Origin: an uncultured Flavobacterium sp.
GTDB lineage: Bacteria > Bacteroidota > Bacteroidia > Flavobacteriales > Flavobacteriaceae
Assembly: GCF_946220915.1 (NCBI RefSeq)
Contig: NZ_CAMIHH010000001.1
Span: 3,922-67,921 of the forward strand
Reading direction: 5' to 3'
DNA length: 64,000 nucleotides
Part shown: in pieces, positions 47,793 through 57,187 of the stretch
Layout of the letters: each line of letters opens with the position of its first letter
How positions within the stretch are numbered: the first letter of the stretch is position 1
Made by a program: the position numbers and the translations under genes
The notes under the pieces: generated by a model
Database searches by the model: none
Seen by the model: the letters and a program-made list of their open reading frames with translations, nothing else
Told to the model about the DNA's origin: nothing

Positions 47793-49385
47793 TTAGTGGG
47801 CTTTCTTCTTGTCCAGCTTTTTACTTGCTGCTTTGGCTACAGGTTTCGGCAACACTGTCTGCACCAATCCCTCCTGCACAAATTTCCAAATGTAATTGAA
47901 CACTGATTTATCCTTATTTCGGTCTACGCCAATATGCACTTCTTTCAGCTTGCCTTTGGTATCGTCCTTTAAAACCAGGTTGCCCAGCGCGCTCACCAGC
48001 TTTTTCTTCTTTTTCAGGTTGTCCTTGTCATATACTTCCACCTTGAGGTCATCGTAGTTGATGGCAAAATCGCCCTCGGCACGGTTTCGGTTTCCATTCA
48101 TGGTAAAGTATACCTCGTTCAGGCTGCCGGTCGTCGAAACGTTCATGAGCGGTTTTGAAACCGGGTTTACCTCTTCGCTTCGTATATCTTTCAGCCGGCC
48201 TATGATGGTAAACGCATCACTCCTGTCGAGTGAATTAAACGACCACTTTACTGTAAGCGGTGTCGATTTCATGAAAAGGCACTGAACATCTATAGTGGTT
48301 TTGGGCAGCTTATCTTTACGGATGGGACTGTAGATATTGGAAATGGTCGCATAGAATTTTGAGAAGGAAACCTTTGCTGGCGGGCGTTCAAAATCAAGCT
48401 GTTCCTCATACACTACGGTTGAGTTTTTAAGCAGCAGCTTATCCACCTTCAGGTCAAATTTAAGCTCCCGCAGCATCTGGTTGTACAGTTTTTTTATGGA
48501 GGGATCGTCTTTTGGGAGTTTGCTGCGGTAAATGTTGGCATTTACTTTTTCCAAAACCACTTCGGGCGAATGCACATACATGGTGTCGTTCACAAAGCCC
48601 CAGTCGGCTTTTGGTATGTTTATTCTTTCGGCTATAATGGCGAACTGGTCTTTTTCCTTCGGTTGCATTTGGGTAAACTGCACACGGTTTTGCTTAGGTA
48701 CCATTTTAAAGTTGGCCAGGGCCATGGTACTGTCCGATGATGATAATTCGTCGGCCGTGATAGTATAAAATTGGTCTACCCTGTAAAACAGGCTGTCGCA
48801 GGCAAATTTGTAATCCCGGTAGCGCACCGGGATGTTTTTCCCGATGGTGGTACTGTCAATGCGGATGTTGTTCAGCTCAAAATTTATCTTTGCCGCACTT
48901 AGCAAATTCCCTTTTAAAGAATCCATCATCGTAAATTTCCCGTTCCGTATTTCGAGCGCCCCGGTGCTAATGGCATTTTTAAAAGGCTTTATGTCATCAT
49001 TTGTGTTATATTTTTTCTCGCGGGGGTAAAGGATCACATTAGGGGTGTCGATTATAACTTTATCCACTGTAATGCGGTTGTTGCGCAGCAATGCCCACAG
49101 CCCGAAATTTTCTACCCTTATTGCCCGGATCTCTGCAAAGGCACCCTGCTGGAGCGAGACCCCTACACTGTCTTTCGGCGCAATATAGGCATGGTGCATG
49201 GTAAAACTGCCACTAAGGATGTCAACATCCAGGTCTTTGTAGCTGATATTGTAAGGGATGCCTTTTTCCGTGCGGATGATTTCCGGCAGTTTGTTGCTTA
49301 CATACCATCCCAGGCCATAACCGCCAATGATGAGCAATAGCACCAATACCAGGATTCCAACTGTAATTTTCTTTAAAACCTTCAT
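47793..49385 (-). CDS. hypothetical membrane-anchored protein (AsmA-like / DUF748-like?)
   Basis: N-terminal TM anchor and a 500-aa beta-rich body. I recognise no catalytic motif. Confidence 0.6.
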   Translation of the reverse strand: MKVLKKITVGILVLVLLLIIGGYGLGWYVSNKLPEIIRTEKGIPYNISYKDLDVDILSGSFTMHHAYIAPKDSVGVSLQQGAFAEIRAIRVENFGLWALLRNNRITVDKVIIDTPNVILYPREKKYNTNDDIKPFKNAISTGALEIRNGKFTMMDSLKGNLLSAAKINFELNNIRIDSTTIGKNIPVRYRDYKFACDSLFYRVDQFYTITADELSSSDSTMALANFKMVPKQNRVQFTQMQPKEKDQFAIIAERINIPKADWGFVNDTMYVHSPEVVLEKVNANIYRSKLPKDDPSIKKLYNQMLRELKFDLKVDKLLLKNSTVVYEEQLDFERPPAKVSFSKFYATISNIYSPIRKDKLPKTTIDVQCLFMKSTPLTVKWSFNSLDRSDAFTIIGRLKDIRSEEVNPVSKPLMNVSTTGSLNEVYFTMNGNRNRAEGDFAINYDDLKVEVYDKDNLKKKKKLVSALGNLVLKDDTKGKLKEVHIGVDRNKDKSVFNYIWKFVQEGLVQTVLPKPVAKAASKKLDKKKAH

Positions 49386-49633
49386 TTCTTTAGGATTATG
49401 ATGTAATGTACTACATTTATGCAGTATGCGGAAATGCTTTAGGTTTTAATTAGTATTTGAGGTTATTGAAATGTTTTATAATTACTTTAACGGAATTTTA
49501 AAAAACCTGCCGTATTTTTTGAAATATGTGTTATTATGAATGCATAATATTTTGGACGAAATATTGTACAATTCATATTTTATATTAAATTTGATATACG
49601 ATTAAATAAAGAAACTAACACTTATTTGTAACT

Positions 49634-50890
49634 ATGAGAAAACTATTATCCTTAACAATGATGGCCCTTGCAACCTCTGCCTTTGCCGGCGGATACCGCG
49701 TGAGCCTTCAGGGGCAGCAGCAACTGGGTATGGGCCATACCGGTGTAGCTGTTACCAACAGCGCCGAGGTATTGTTCTTTAACCCGGCGGGCGCGGTGTT
49801 CCTTAAAGACCGTTTTAACGTTTCGGTGGGTGCCAATGCGCTTTTTGCACGTACCAAATTCCAGAACGAAACCTATAACTGGAAGGCTTCTACAGAAAAT
49901 GTCGGCACGCCCTTTAGCCTTTATGCTTCCTACAAAGCCCTTGACTGGCTTGCAGTAGGCCTTGCAGTATACTCTCCATACGGCTCTGCTGTTGAGTGGG
50001 ACCAGGACTGGGTAGGGTCGCACCTTGTAAATAATATCGACCTTCAGGCCATATATGTGCAGCCGATAGCTTCGGTAAAATTGACAGACAAATTCAGTAT
50101 CGGTGGCGGGCCTATATTTGTTACCGGCGGCGTGGAGTTCAACAGGAACCTTACCCGCAGCCTTACCGATGTTGAAGGGCCGGAAGGGCAAAGGTCGGAT
50201 GTAACGCTTGATGCCAAAAATGTAACAGCATGGGGCTGGAGCGCAGGTATGATGTTCAATCCTGTTGACAATGTGAGGCTTGGGCTTAACTACCGCTCAG
50301 AGATCACCATGGAGGCGCGCGATGGCGACGCTGTATTTAACGATGTCCCTGCATTTGCACAAGGCATCTATACCAATACTACTTTCAATGCCGACCTGCC
50401 GCTGCCTGCCGAGCTTACGGCCGGTATCTCATGGCAGATCAATGACAAGTGGCTTGTGGCATTCGACTATAACAGGGCTTTCTGGAATGTATATGAGTCG
50501 CTTACCGTAGATTTTGGCAATCCGGACATTGCTACATCCGTTAACCCCCGCAATTATAAGGATGCAAGTACGTTCAGGTTTGGTACGCAGTTTCAGCCGA
50601 ACGATAAATTTGCTTTCCGTGCCGGATGGTACCATGATGAAAGCCCGGTAAGGTCGGGCTACTTTGCGCCGGAAACTCCAAGGAACGATTCTATGGGCTT
50701 TACAGGGGGGATCACATATATGTTCAATGCACAGTTTGGTGTTGACGTTTCGTTCCTTTACCTGCATTTCGACGAGGTGGATGCGTCATACGATCATTAT
50801 GCCGATGGGCAAAGCCAGAATATATCGTTCGGCGGCACCTACAAAAACGTGGTATTCTCTCCGGGTGTTGGTCTAAACTACAGATTCTAA
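49634..50890 (+). CDS. FadL/OMPP1-family outer-membrane transporter for hydrophobic compounds
   Basis: Signal peptide. The N-terminal GGYRVSLQGQQQLGMGHTGVA matches the FadL/TodX NPA-region context, and the C-terminal residue is Phe. Confidence 0.75.
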   Translation: MRKLLSLTMMALATSAFAGGYRVSLQGQQQLGMGHTGVAVTNSAEVLFFNPAGAVFLKDRFNVSVGANALFARTKFQNETYNWKASTENVGTPFSLYASYKALDWLAVGLAVYSPYGSAVEWDQDWVGSHLVNNIDLQAIYVQPIASVKLTDKFSIGGGPIFVTGGVEFNRNLTRSLTDVEGPEGQRSDVTLDAKNVTAWGWSAGMMFNPVDNVRLGLNYRSEITMEARDGDAVFNDVPAFAQGIYTNTTFNADLPLPAELTAGISWQINDKWLVAFDYNRAFWNVYESLTVDFGNPDIATSVNPRNYKDASTFRFGTQFQPNDKFAFRAGWYHDESPVRSGYFAPETPRNDSMGFTGGITYMFNAQFGVDVSFLYLHFDEVDASYDHYADGQSQNISFGGTYKNVVFSPGVGLNYRF

Positions 50891-50902
50891 TTAAAAAAAC
50901 AC

Positions 50903-52462
50903 ATGAAAAATAAAGTTATATACTTAGCGATACTCGCGGCAGGCTTTGCCTCGTGCGAACCGGAATTTGAAAACGAATTGAGCAACGGCAACTACAGTGC
51001 CGGCGATGCCGACTTTTCCAGCTATGTGGCTATAGGGAACTCGCTGACTGCCGGTTACATGGATGGAACCGTTTCGCGCGGAAGCCAATCGTATTCCTTC
51101 CCCAGCATACTGGCCAGCCAGTTTGCGCTTGTGGGCGGAGGCGTATTTACACAGCCGTCTTATGCCGAAGATACAGGCAACCTTGGCGGCATCAGCGGCA
51201 TTCCGGGGTTTCCTAACAGGCTTATCATCGATGCTGCTGCCGGAGGGCCGGAGCCAATAGCAGGTACTTCGACCATTACGCTTACGCCACAGGCATCGGC
51301 GTTTAACAACATGGGCGTACCGGGTGCAAAAACCTTTCACCTCCTCGCCCCGGGTTACGGTAATCCGGCAGGGCTTGCCCAAAATCCGCCAATGGCCAAC
51401 CCCTATTTCGTAAGGATGGCAACATCTGCATCTGCTTCAGTGCTGGGCGATGCGATGACAAAGAACCCAACATTTTTTACCAACTGGATTGGTAATAACG
51501 ATGTGCTTGGCTATGCCACCAGCGGAGGGTCAGGTTCAACCGAAGGGCTTACCACTGCCGACATAACTCCCGAGCCGCTGTTCGAGCAGTCGTACAATAC
51601 GATCATCAACACACTTACCGCCAATGGTGCCAAAGGTGTTGTGGCCACGATACCAAATGTTACCGCGATCCCGTTTTTTACTACAGTGCCATACAACCCG
51701 CTTACGGCAGCAGCCATAGGTGGTGGCAACGAAGCCAATGGCGTTGCGCTGATAGGCCAGCTGAATGCTTCGCTGCTGGGGCCTGTTAAGCAAATACTTA
51801 CCGGGCTTGGGCAAGGCGACAGGCTGCAGCTGCTTTCTACGACCGAAGCTAATCCGCTGCTTATAAAGGATGAAACCCTTACCAACCACCAGGCGCAGAT
51901 TGCAGGTGCACTTGCAGGCGCAGGAGTGCCGGGCCCACAAGCCAACCTGATAGGTGCTGTTTTCGGGCAGGCACGCCATGCTACCGGGCAGGACCTGGTA
52001 TTGCTTACTACAAGGACCGTAATTGGCACAGCTCCTGCCAGTCCGCTGGCAATCGATCCGCTTAACAAATATGGTGTTACTTTCCCGCTTGACGACCAGC
52101 ATGTGCTTACAGTTGACGAGGTTGCCATTGTGACTGATGCTACCGCTTCTTTCAACAATATCATAAGGGATGCAGCAGAAGCTAAAGGACTGGGTGTTGT
52201 AGATATGAATGCCATAATGAACCAGCTGGCATCCGGTCTTCGCGTAGAAGACGGCTCTATCTATACGGCCGATTACTTCAGCACGGCTACACTGAGCACT
52301 GTAATGTTCTCGCTTGACGGCATCCACCCGAATGCCCGCGGTTATGCCCTTATTGCCAACGAAGTGATCAAGGTGATCAACGCACATTACAATGCCAGGC
52401 TGCCACTGGTGAGTGCCGGAAGCTATCCCGGAGCTACCGTGCTGCCTACAAATGGTAATTAG
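50903..52462 (+). CDS. SGNH/GDSL-hydrolase-family lipoprotein
   Basis: Lipobox (GFASC) and a GDSL-like block, VAIGNSLTAGY. The gene is Ala/Gly-rich. Confidence 0.7.
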   Translation: MKNKVIYLAILAAGFASCEPEFENELSNGNYSAGDADFSSYVAIGNSLTAGYMDGTVSRGSQSYSFPSILASQFALVGGGVFTQPSYAEDTGNLGGISGIPGFPNRLIIDAAAGGPEPIAGTSTITLTPQASAFNNMGVPGAKTFHLLAPGYGNPAGLAQNPPMANPYFVRMATSASASVLGDAMTKNPTFFTNWIGNNDVLGYATSGGSGSTEGLTTADITPEPLFEQSYNTIINTLTANGAKGVVATIPNVTAIPFFTTVPYNPLTAAAIGGGNEANGVALIGQLNASLLGPVKQILTGLGQGDRLQLLSTTEANPLLIKDETLTNHQAQIAGALAGAGVPGPQANLIGAVFGQARHATGQDLVLLTTRTVIGTAPASPLAIDPLNKYGVTFPLDDQHVLTVDEVAIVTDATASFNNIIRDAAEAKGLGVVDMNAIMNQLASGLRVEDGSIYTADYFSTATLSTVMFSLDGIHPNARGYALIANEVIKVINAHYNARLPLVSAGSYPGATVLPTNGN

Positions 52463-52487
52463 AAACTACTATTCAGTATATGCGAAA

Positions 52488-52514
52488 GGCGCTCCGTGAG
52501 GAGCGCTTTTTTTT
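52488..52514. terminator. bidirectional rho-independent terminator
   Basis: aggcgctcc / gtga / ggagcgctt followed by tttttttt. Confidence 0.6.
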
Positions 52515-52524
52515 GATTTAACGA

Positions 52525-53179
52525 TTACCAAAACTTCCACTTGCCCTTTCTCGGCGCATCCGGCAAATCAAAAGGGAAGTCAATCTCAATAAGTTCCTTT
52601 TTCAGTGCTTCCCAGCCGTCAAAACCTCCTGCGATAGACAAAACTATTTCCTTTGTAAGCGTTTCGCCCTTATATATAGAACTAACTGTGGTTAAAGGTA
52701 ATTCTGCCTCAAAATATTCAGATGCGTAATTTATATATATTTGAGGCTTACCAGTAAATATGCCAAGCATTTCTTCCTGAATTATCGTCAGTATTTTCTA
52801 CTTCGCCTGTTTTCCATCCGTTACCCTCATTCCACAGGCAAAAAGTTGTGCCAATGGAATTTACAGGCTCGCCATGCATAAATTCATGAAATTGTTCCGG
52901 CAAGCCTGCTGTAAGCTTTGTTTTATCGGGCTGCGGGTATTCGTGCGCAAATCCGTTGATCACACATCCGCCATTATCGGTAAAAAGAACATGCATTTCG
53001 TCACCCTGGCCGTTACGCACCTGAAGGCATTCCTCGCCCTCTCCCCATTTTGAATTGAAAGAATAATAGCGGAACTGCCATTCGGGCGAAAGTATCGCAT
53101 CTAGTACAGAAATGGCTTTGCAGATGGTTTTTAGTTTGAATGGGTCGGGGAGTGAGGCAGGATCTTTGGTGGATGGCAT
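52525..53179 (-). pseudogene. frameshifted hypothetical gene (two overlapping same-strand ORFs, 52748..53236 and 52525..52770)
   Basis: The upstream ORF ends ...DDNSGRNAWHIYW* while the +1 frame reads ...IIQEEMLGIFTGKPQIYINY.... A single-base indel near 52775-52800 would fuse them into a protein of about 215 aa. Confidence 0.5.
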
Positions 53180-53246
53180 GGTAAAAGGTTTTATCCAAAT
53201 ATAGAAATAAATTTTACCTAACCCGGGAGTGATCATCCATAAAAAA

Positions 53247-53270
53247 AGCCTCTTCGTCTGAAGAGGCTTT
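53247..53270. terminator. terminator hairpin downstream of the tRNA-Leu gene
   Basis: agcctcttc / gtct / gaagaggct, flanked by an A-run and a T-run. Confidence 0.55.
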
Positions 53271-53272
53271 TG

Positions 53273-53354
53273 TGCGGGTGATAGGACTCGAACCTACACA
53301 CCGTGAGGCACCAGATCCTAAGTCTGGCGTGTCTACCAATTTCACCACACCCGC
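53273..53354 (-). tRNA. tRNA-Leu (anticodon UAG)
   Basis: 82-nt cloverleaf with acceptor stem GCGGGTG/CACCCGC, a 3-bp D stem, anticodon loop cuUAGga, a 13-nt variable arm, T loop TTCGAGT and discriminator A. No CCA is encoded. Confidence 0.8.
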
Positions 53355-53498
53355 AGGCTTAAAATGAACAAGTAGCGTTGTTTCATTATTGCGAGTGCAA
53401 ATATACGAACGTTTTCCATGTGTGCAAGCAAAAAATGAAATTTTTTAAAATTTATTTTTTCGTACTTTTGACTAACAAACGTATATCATTAATTTTAA

Positions 53499-54887
53499 AT
53501 GGATACCATAAAAAACTATGTGCAGCAGCACAAGCAAAGATTTATTGACGAACTCATAGAATTACTCAAAATACCATCCGTTAGTGCCGACAGTGCCTAT
53601 TCGCAGGATGTCATCAACACGGCCGATGCCGTAATGGCCAGCCTCGAAAAGGCAGGCTGCGATACGGTAGAGCTTTGCGAAACGCCAGGCTATCCCATTG
53701 TATATGGCGAAAAGATGGTGGACCCCAACCTTCCAACCGTTCTTGTTTATGGCCACTATGATGTGCAGCCTGCCGACCCAATTGACCTTTGGGACTCACC
53801 GCCGTTTGAGCCGGTCATCAAAAAAACAGAATTGCATCCTGAAGGTGCCATTTTTGCACGTGGCGCGTGCGATGACAAAGGGCAGATGTACATGCACGTG
53901 AAAGCGCTGGAGTACATGGTACAGAACGATGCATTGCCATGTAACGTAAAGTTCATGATCGAGGGTGAGGAAGAGGTTGGATCGCCAAGCCTTGCGTGGT
54001 TTGTGGAGCGCAACCAGGACAAGCTTAAAAATGACGTAATCCTTATTTCCGATACGGGAATGATATCAAACCAGCAGCCCTCGATAACCACAGGGCTTCG
54101 CGGCCTTAGCTATGTTGAGGTGGAAGTGACCGGCCCTAACCGCGACCTGCATTCCGGCCTGTATGGCGGGGCAGTGGCCAACCCGGTAAATATCCTTGCA
54201 AAGATGATTGCATCACTACATGACGAGAACAACCATATTACCATTCCCGGATTTTATGACAGGGTGCAGGAACTTTCCCGCGAGGAGCGCGATGAGATGG
54301 CTAAAGCGCCATTTTCGCCCCATGACTACAAAAAAGCGCTTGACATTGAAGATGTTTATGGAGAGGCTACTTATACTACCAATGAGCGCAACTCCATACG
54401 CCCAACACTCGATGTGAACGGCATTTGGGGTGGCTACACTGGCGAAGGAGCCAAGACCGTTATTGCCAGCAAGGCTTTTGCCAAAATATCCATGAGGCTG
54501 GTGCCTGACCAGGACTGGAATGAAATCACGGAGCTATTCACAAAGCATTTTGAAAGCATTGCCCCGAAAGGCGTTCGCGTAAAGGTAAAGCCTCACCACG
54601 GCGGGCAGGCTTATGTAACGCCTATTGACAGTGTTGGCTACCGTGCCGCCGCTGCCGCTTATGAAGAAAGCTTTGGCATTAAGCCGATACCGGTTCGTTC
54701 CGGTGGAAGCATCCCTATCGTGGCCCTGTTTGAAAAAGAGCTTAAAAGCAAAACCATTATGATGGGCTTTGGCCTTGACAGTGATGCCATACACTCACCC
54801 AACGAGCATTATGGCATATTCAACTACATGAAAGGCATCGAAACCATTCCATTATTCTACAAGTATTTTACTGAAATGAATAAATAG
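53499..54887 (+). CDS. M20-family dipeptidase (ArgE/DapE/ACY1/CPG2/YscS family)
   Basis: HYDVQP, GACDDKGQ and EGEEEVGS metal-binding motifs, 462 aa. Confidence 0.85.
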   Translation: MDTIKNYVQQHKQRFIDELIELLKIPSVSADSAYSQDVINTADAVMASLEKAGCDTVELCETPGYPIVYGEKMVDPNLPTVLVYGHYDVQPADPIDLWDSPPFEPVIKKTELHPEGAIFARGACDDKGQMYMHVKALEYMVQNDALPCNVKFMIEGEEEVGSPSLAWFVERNQDKLKNDVILISDTGMISNQQPSITTGLRGLSYVEVEVTGPNRDLHSGLYGGAVANPVNILAKMIASLHDENNHITIPGFYDRVQELSREERDEMAKAPFSPHDYKKALDIEDVYGEATYTTNERNSIRPTLDVNGIWGGYTGEGAKTVIASKAFAKISMRLVPDQDWNEITELFTKHFESIAPKGVRVKVKPHHGGQAYVTPIDSVGYRAAAAAYEESFGIKPIPVRSGGSIPIVALFEKELKSKTIMMGFGLDSDAIHSPNEHYGIFNYMKGIETIPLFYKYFTEMNK

Positions 54888-54909
54888 CATTACAGGTAAT
54901 GAATTAAAA

Positions 54910-54933
54910 ATCCGCATCGTGCGGATTTTTTTT
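54910..54933 (+). terminator. rho-independent terminator
   Basis: atccgca / tcg / tgcggat followed by tttttttt. Confidence 0.6.
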
Positions 54934-55001
54934 ATACGTAAAAGTTGCACGTGTCAATATTTATTCTACATTTGTAGAAATAACTCTAAAATTGTAGAGC
55001 A

Positions 55002-55373
55002 ATGCAATTGACAAAAACCGAAGAACAACTAATGGAACTCCTTTGGAAACAGGAAAAAGCCTTTATGAAGGACCTGCTGGACCTGTTCCCCGACCCTAAA
55101 CCGGCAACTACTACGGTAGCAACGCTGCTAAAGCGGATGGCCGATAAAGGTTTTGTAGGCTATAAGGAGTATGGCAAGAGCCGTGAGTACTTTCCGCTGG
55201 TGGAAAAATCCGATTACTTTTCGAGACAGGTAAACGGAATGATAAAAAGCTTCTTTAATAATTCGGCGGCACAGTTTGCTTCCTTCTTTACAAAGGAGAC
55301 CGACCTGAGCGCATCGGAACTGGAAGAACTCCGCAAGATCATCGACAAGGAGATCCAAAAGAAAAAGCAATGA
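55002..55373 (+). CDS. blaI: BlaI/MecI/CopY-family transcriptional repressor
   Basis: Penicillinase-repressor winged helix (ELLWKQEKAFMKDL...TTVATLLKRMADKGFV). Confidence 0.85.
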   Translation: MQLTKTEEQLMELLWKQEKAFMKDLLDLFPDPKPATTTVATLLKRMADKGFVGYKEYGKSREYFPLVEKSDYFSRQVNGMIKSFFNNSAAQFASFFTKETDLSASELEELRKIIDKEIQKKKQ

Positions 55374-57178
55374 GCCACTTCCTCATTACATCTGCCATAA
55401 GCATGGCGGTCCTATTGGGGCTGTACCATTTGCTGCTGGAAAGTGAAAAGATGCACCGGTTCAACAGGTTTTATTTATTGGCATCAGTCATTATCTCATT
55501 ATTGCTCCCGTTCCTGGCCATTGAAGTATACACAGAAGTTGTTGCCGAACCAATGCCTGCATTTGAAAACCTGCCATACGCCCCTACTGTAGCAACTGGC
55601 CCGGTAATCGAAGAAACGAACTATCTGCCATATATCGTTTCTGGAATTTACTTAATGGGCGCAATCATATTTGTAGTGAGGTTTACAGTCAATATAGCCC
55701 GAATGATGGTCAAGGTTCGCCGCAGCGAGACCCTTCCATACAAAAATGCCCGTTTGGTATTGGTAGAAGAGCAAATACTGCCGCACACATTCTTAAACTA
55801 TATCTTCATAAATAAAGAGGAATATTGCCGTCGGGCCATTGAACCGGAACTATTTACCCACGAACTGGTACATGTAAGGCAGAAACATACGATGGATATC
55901 CTTTTCATTGAAATACTGAAGGCCGTACTGTGGTTCAGCCCGTTATTTCATTTCTATAAGAAAGCGATACAGCTCAATCACGAATTCCTTGCAGATGAGG
56001 CCGTTGTTGCCGAAGCCGATGTTGCGGCCTACCAAATACTATTGCTGCAAAAAGCCCATCCGGCCACGCTGTACCCGCTGGCCAGCAGCCTTAATTTTTC
56101 TGTAACCAAAAAACGATTTACCATGATGACCAAAGCCACCACAAAATCGAAAGCATTTTTGCTGAAAATATCGGCAGTGCCTGTAATTGCCGGACTTATA
56201 GCCCTGTTGTGCATTGAAACCGTAGCGCAGGAAAAAACCGCAAAAGAACAACAGCCATCGGCAGCTGCGCAAACACAATCGGATAATGATGACGAAAAAC
56301 GCGACCGCTACTATGCCGGTGTACATGTAAAGATTGTTGATGAATATAATGATGTTTACATCGATAAGCCGTATGAAGAGCTTACTGCTGATGAGAAGCG
56401 TATGTACCTGCCGTTGGTAACTTCTTTCAAAAAGAAGTCGCCTTCGCAAGCAGAATTCAACAGTTGGAAGGACAAAAATAAATTTGCACTGTGGCTTGAC
56501 GATAAGAACATTGACAACAAAGTGCTTGGTGCAATGAAGCCGACCGATGTGGTTTCCTATTCCGGCAGCTCGGTTTTTAAAAACGCGCGTACTAAAAAGC
56601 ACCCACAGCCCTACCAGTTCCAGCTGTATACCCAAACGTATTTTGAAAAGCGCCTGAAGCCAATGGCTGAAAAGTTTCAGGGTAAAGTGTATGAGATGCA
56701 TGTATACAAGGATAAAAAGCCTGTAATGAACTCAACTCCCGCCGCATTGACAGCAATGAAAATCCTCGATGGGAAAGGTGAAAAGGTTGCAGTTCCTGGG
56801 GCAGTACAGGAAAAATCCGGTAGTTGGGAAGATGTGGAGTTTTACCTTAAACAGGATGTACCCTACAGCCCCGCCGATCTGGACGAGCAGCCCGAATTTC
56901 CGGGAGGATTACAGGCTTTGTACAATTTGATAGCCAAAATCTTCAGGGTGCCGGACATCGACGGAAACCATACGCTTATAATACACACGAGCTTTATCAT
57001 AGAGAAAGACGGCAGCGTGTCGGATATAAAAATCCTGAAGGATCCTGGTCATGGCCAGGGTGTGGAAGCGGAGCGTGTTTTGACACTCGTTACCGAAAAA
57101 TGGAAGCCGGGCACGAAAAACAAGAAGGCGGTGCGCACACTGTTTACCCTGCCGATAAGCATTAATATTCGTGAATAA
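55370..57178 (+). CDS. BlaR1-like M56 peptidase / signal transducer fused to a C-terminal TonB-C domain (paralog 1)
   Basis: Four TM helices, an HELVHVRQKH zinc motif, a Pro/Gln-rich linker and the C-terminal TonB-like EFPGGLQALYNLIAKIF...W..G. It overlaps blaI by 4 nt (ATGA). Confidence 0.8.
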   Translation: MSHFLITSAISMAVLLGLYHLLLESEKMHRFNRFYLLASVIISLLLPFLAIEVYTEVVAEPMPAFENLPYAPTVATGPVIEETNYLPYIVSGIYLMGAIIFVVRFTVNIARMMVKVRRSETLPYKNARLVLVEEQILPHTFLNYIFINKEEYCRRAIEPELFTHELVHVRQKHTMDILFIEILKAVLWFSPLFHFYKKAIQLNHEFLADEAVVAEADVAAYQILLLQKAHPATLYPLASSLNFSVTKKRFTMMTKATTKSKAFLLKISAVPVIAGLIALLCIETVAQEKTAKEQQPSAAAQTQSDNDDEKRDRYYAGVHVKIVDEYNDVYIDKPYEELTADEKRMYLPLVTSFKKKSPSQAEFNSWKDKNKFALWLDDKNIDNKVLGAMKPTDVVSYSGSSVFKNARTKKHPQPYQFQLYTQTYFEKRLKPMAEKFQGKVYEMHVYKDKKPVMNSTPAALTAMKILDGKGEKVAVPGAVQEKSGSWEDVEFYLKQDVPYSPADLDEQPEFPGGLQALYNLIAKIFRVPDIDGNHTLIIHTSFIIEKDGSVSDIKILKDPGHGQGVEAERVLTLVTEKWKPGTKNKKAVRTLFTLPISINIRE

Positions 57179-57187
57179 ATACGGAAT

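Noticed and set aside
51511-52387. Two long minus-strand ORFs (234 and 283 aa) opposite the GDSL lipoprotein gene
   Set aside because: They are artefacts of GC-rich Ala/Gly codons in the sense gene. The sense gene has a lipobox and a GDSL block.
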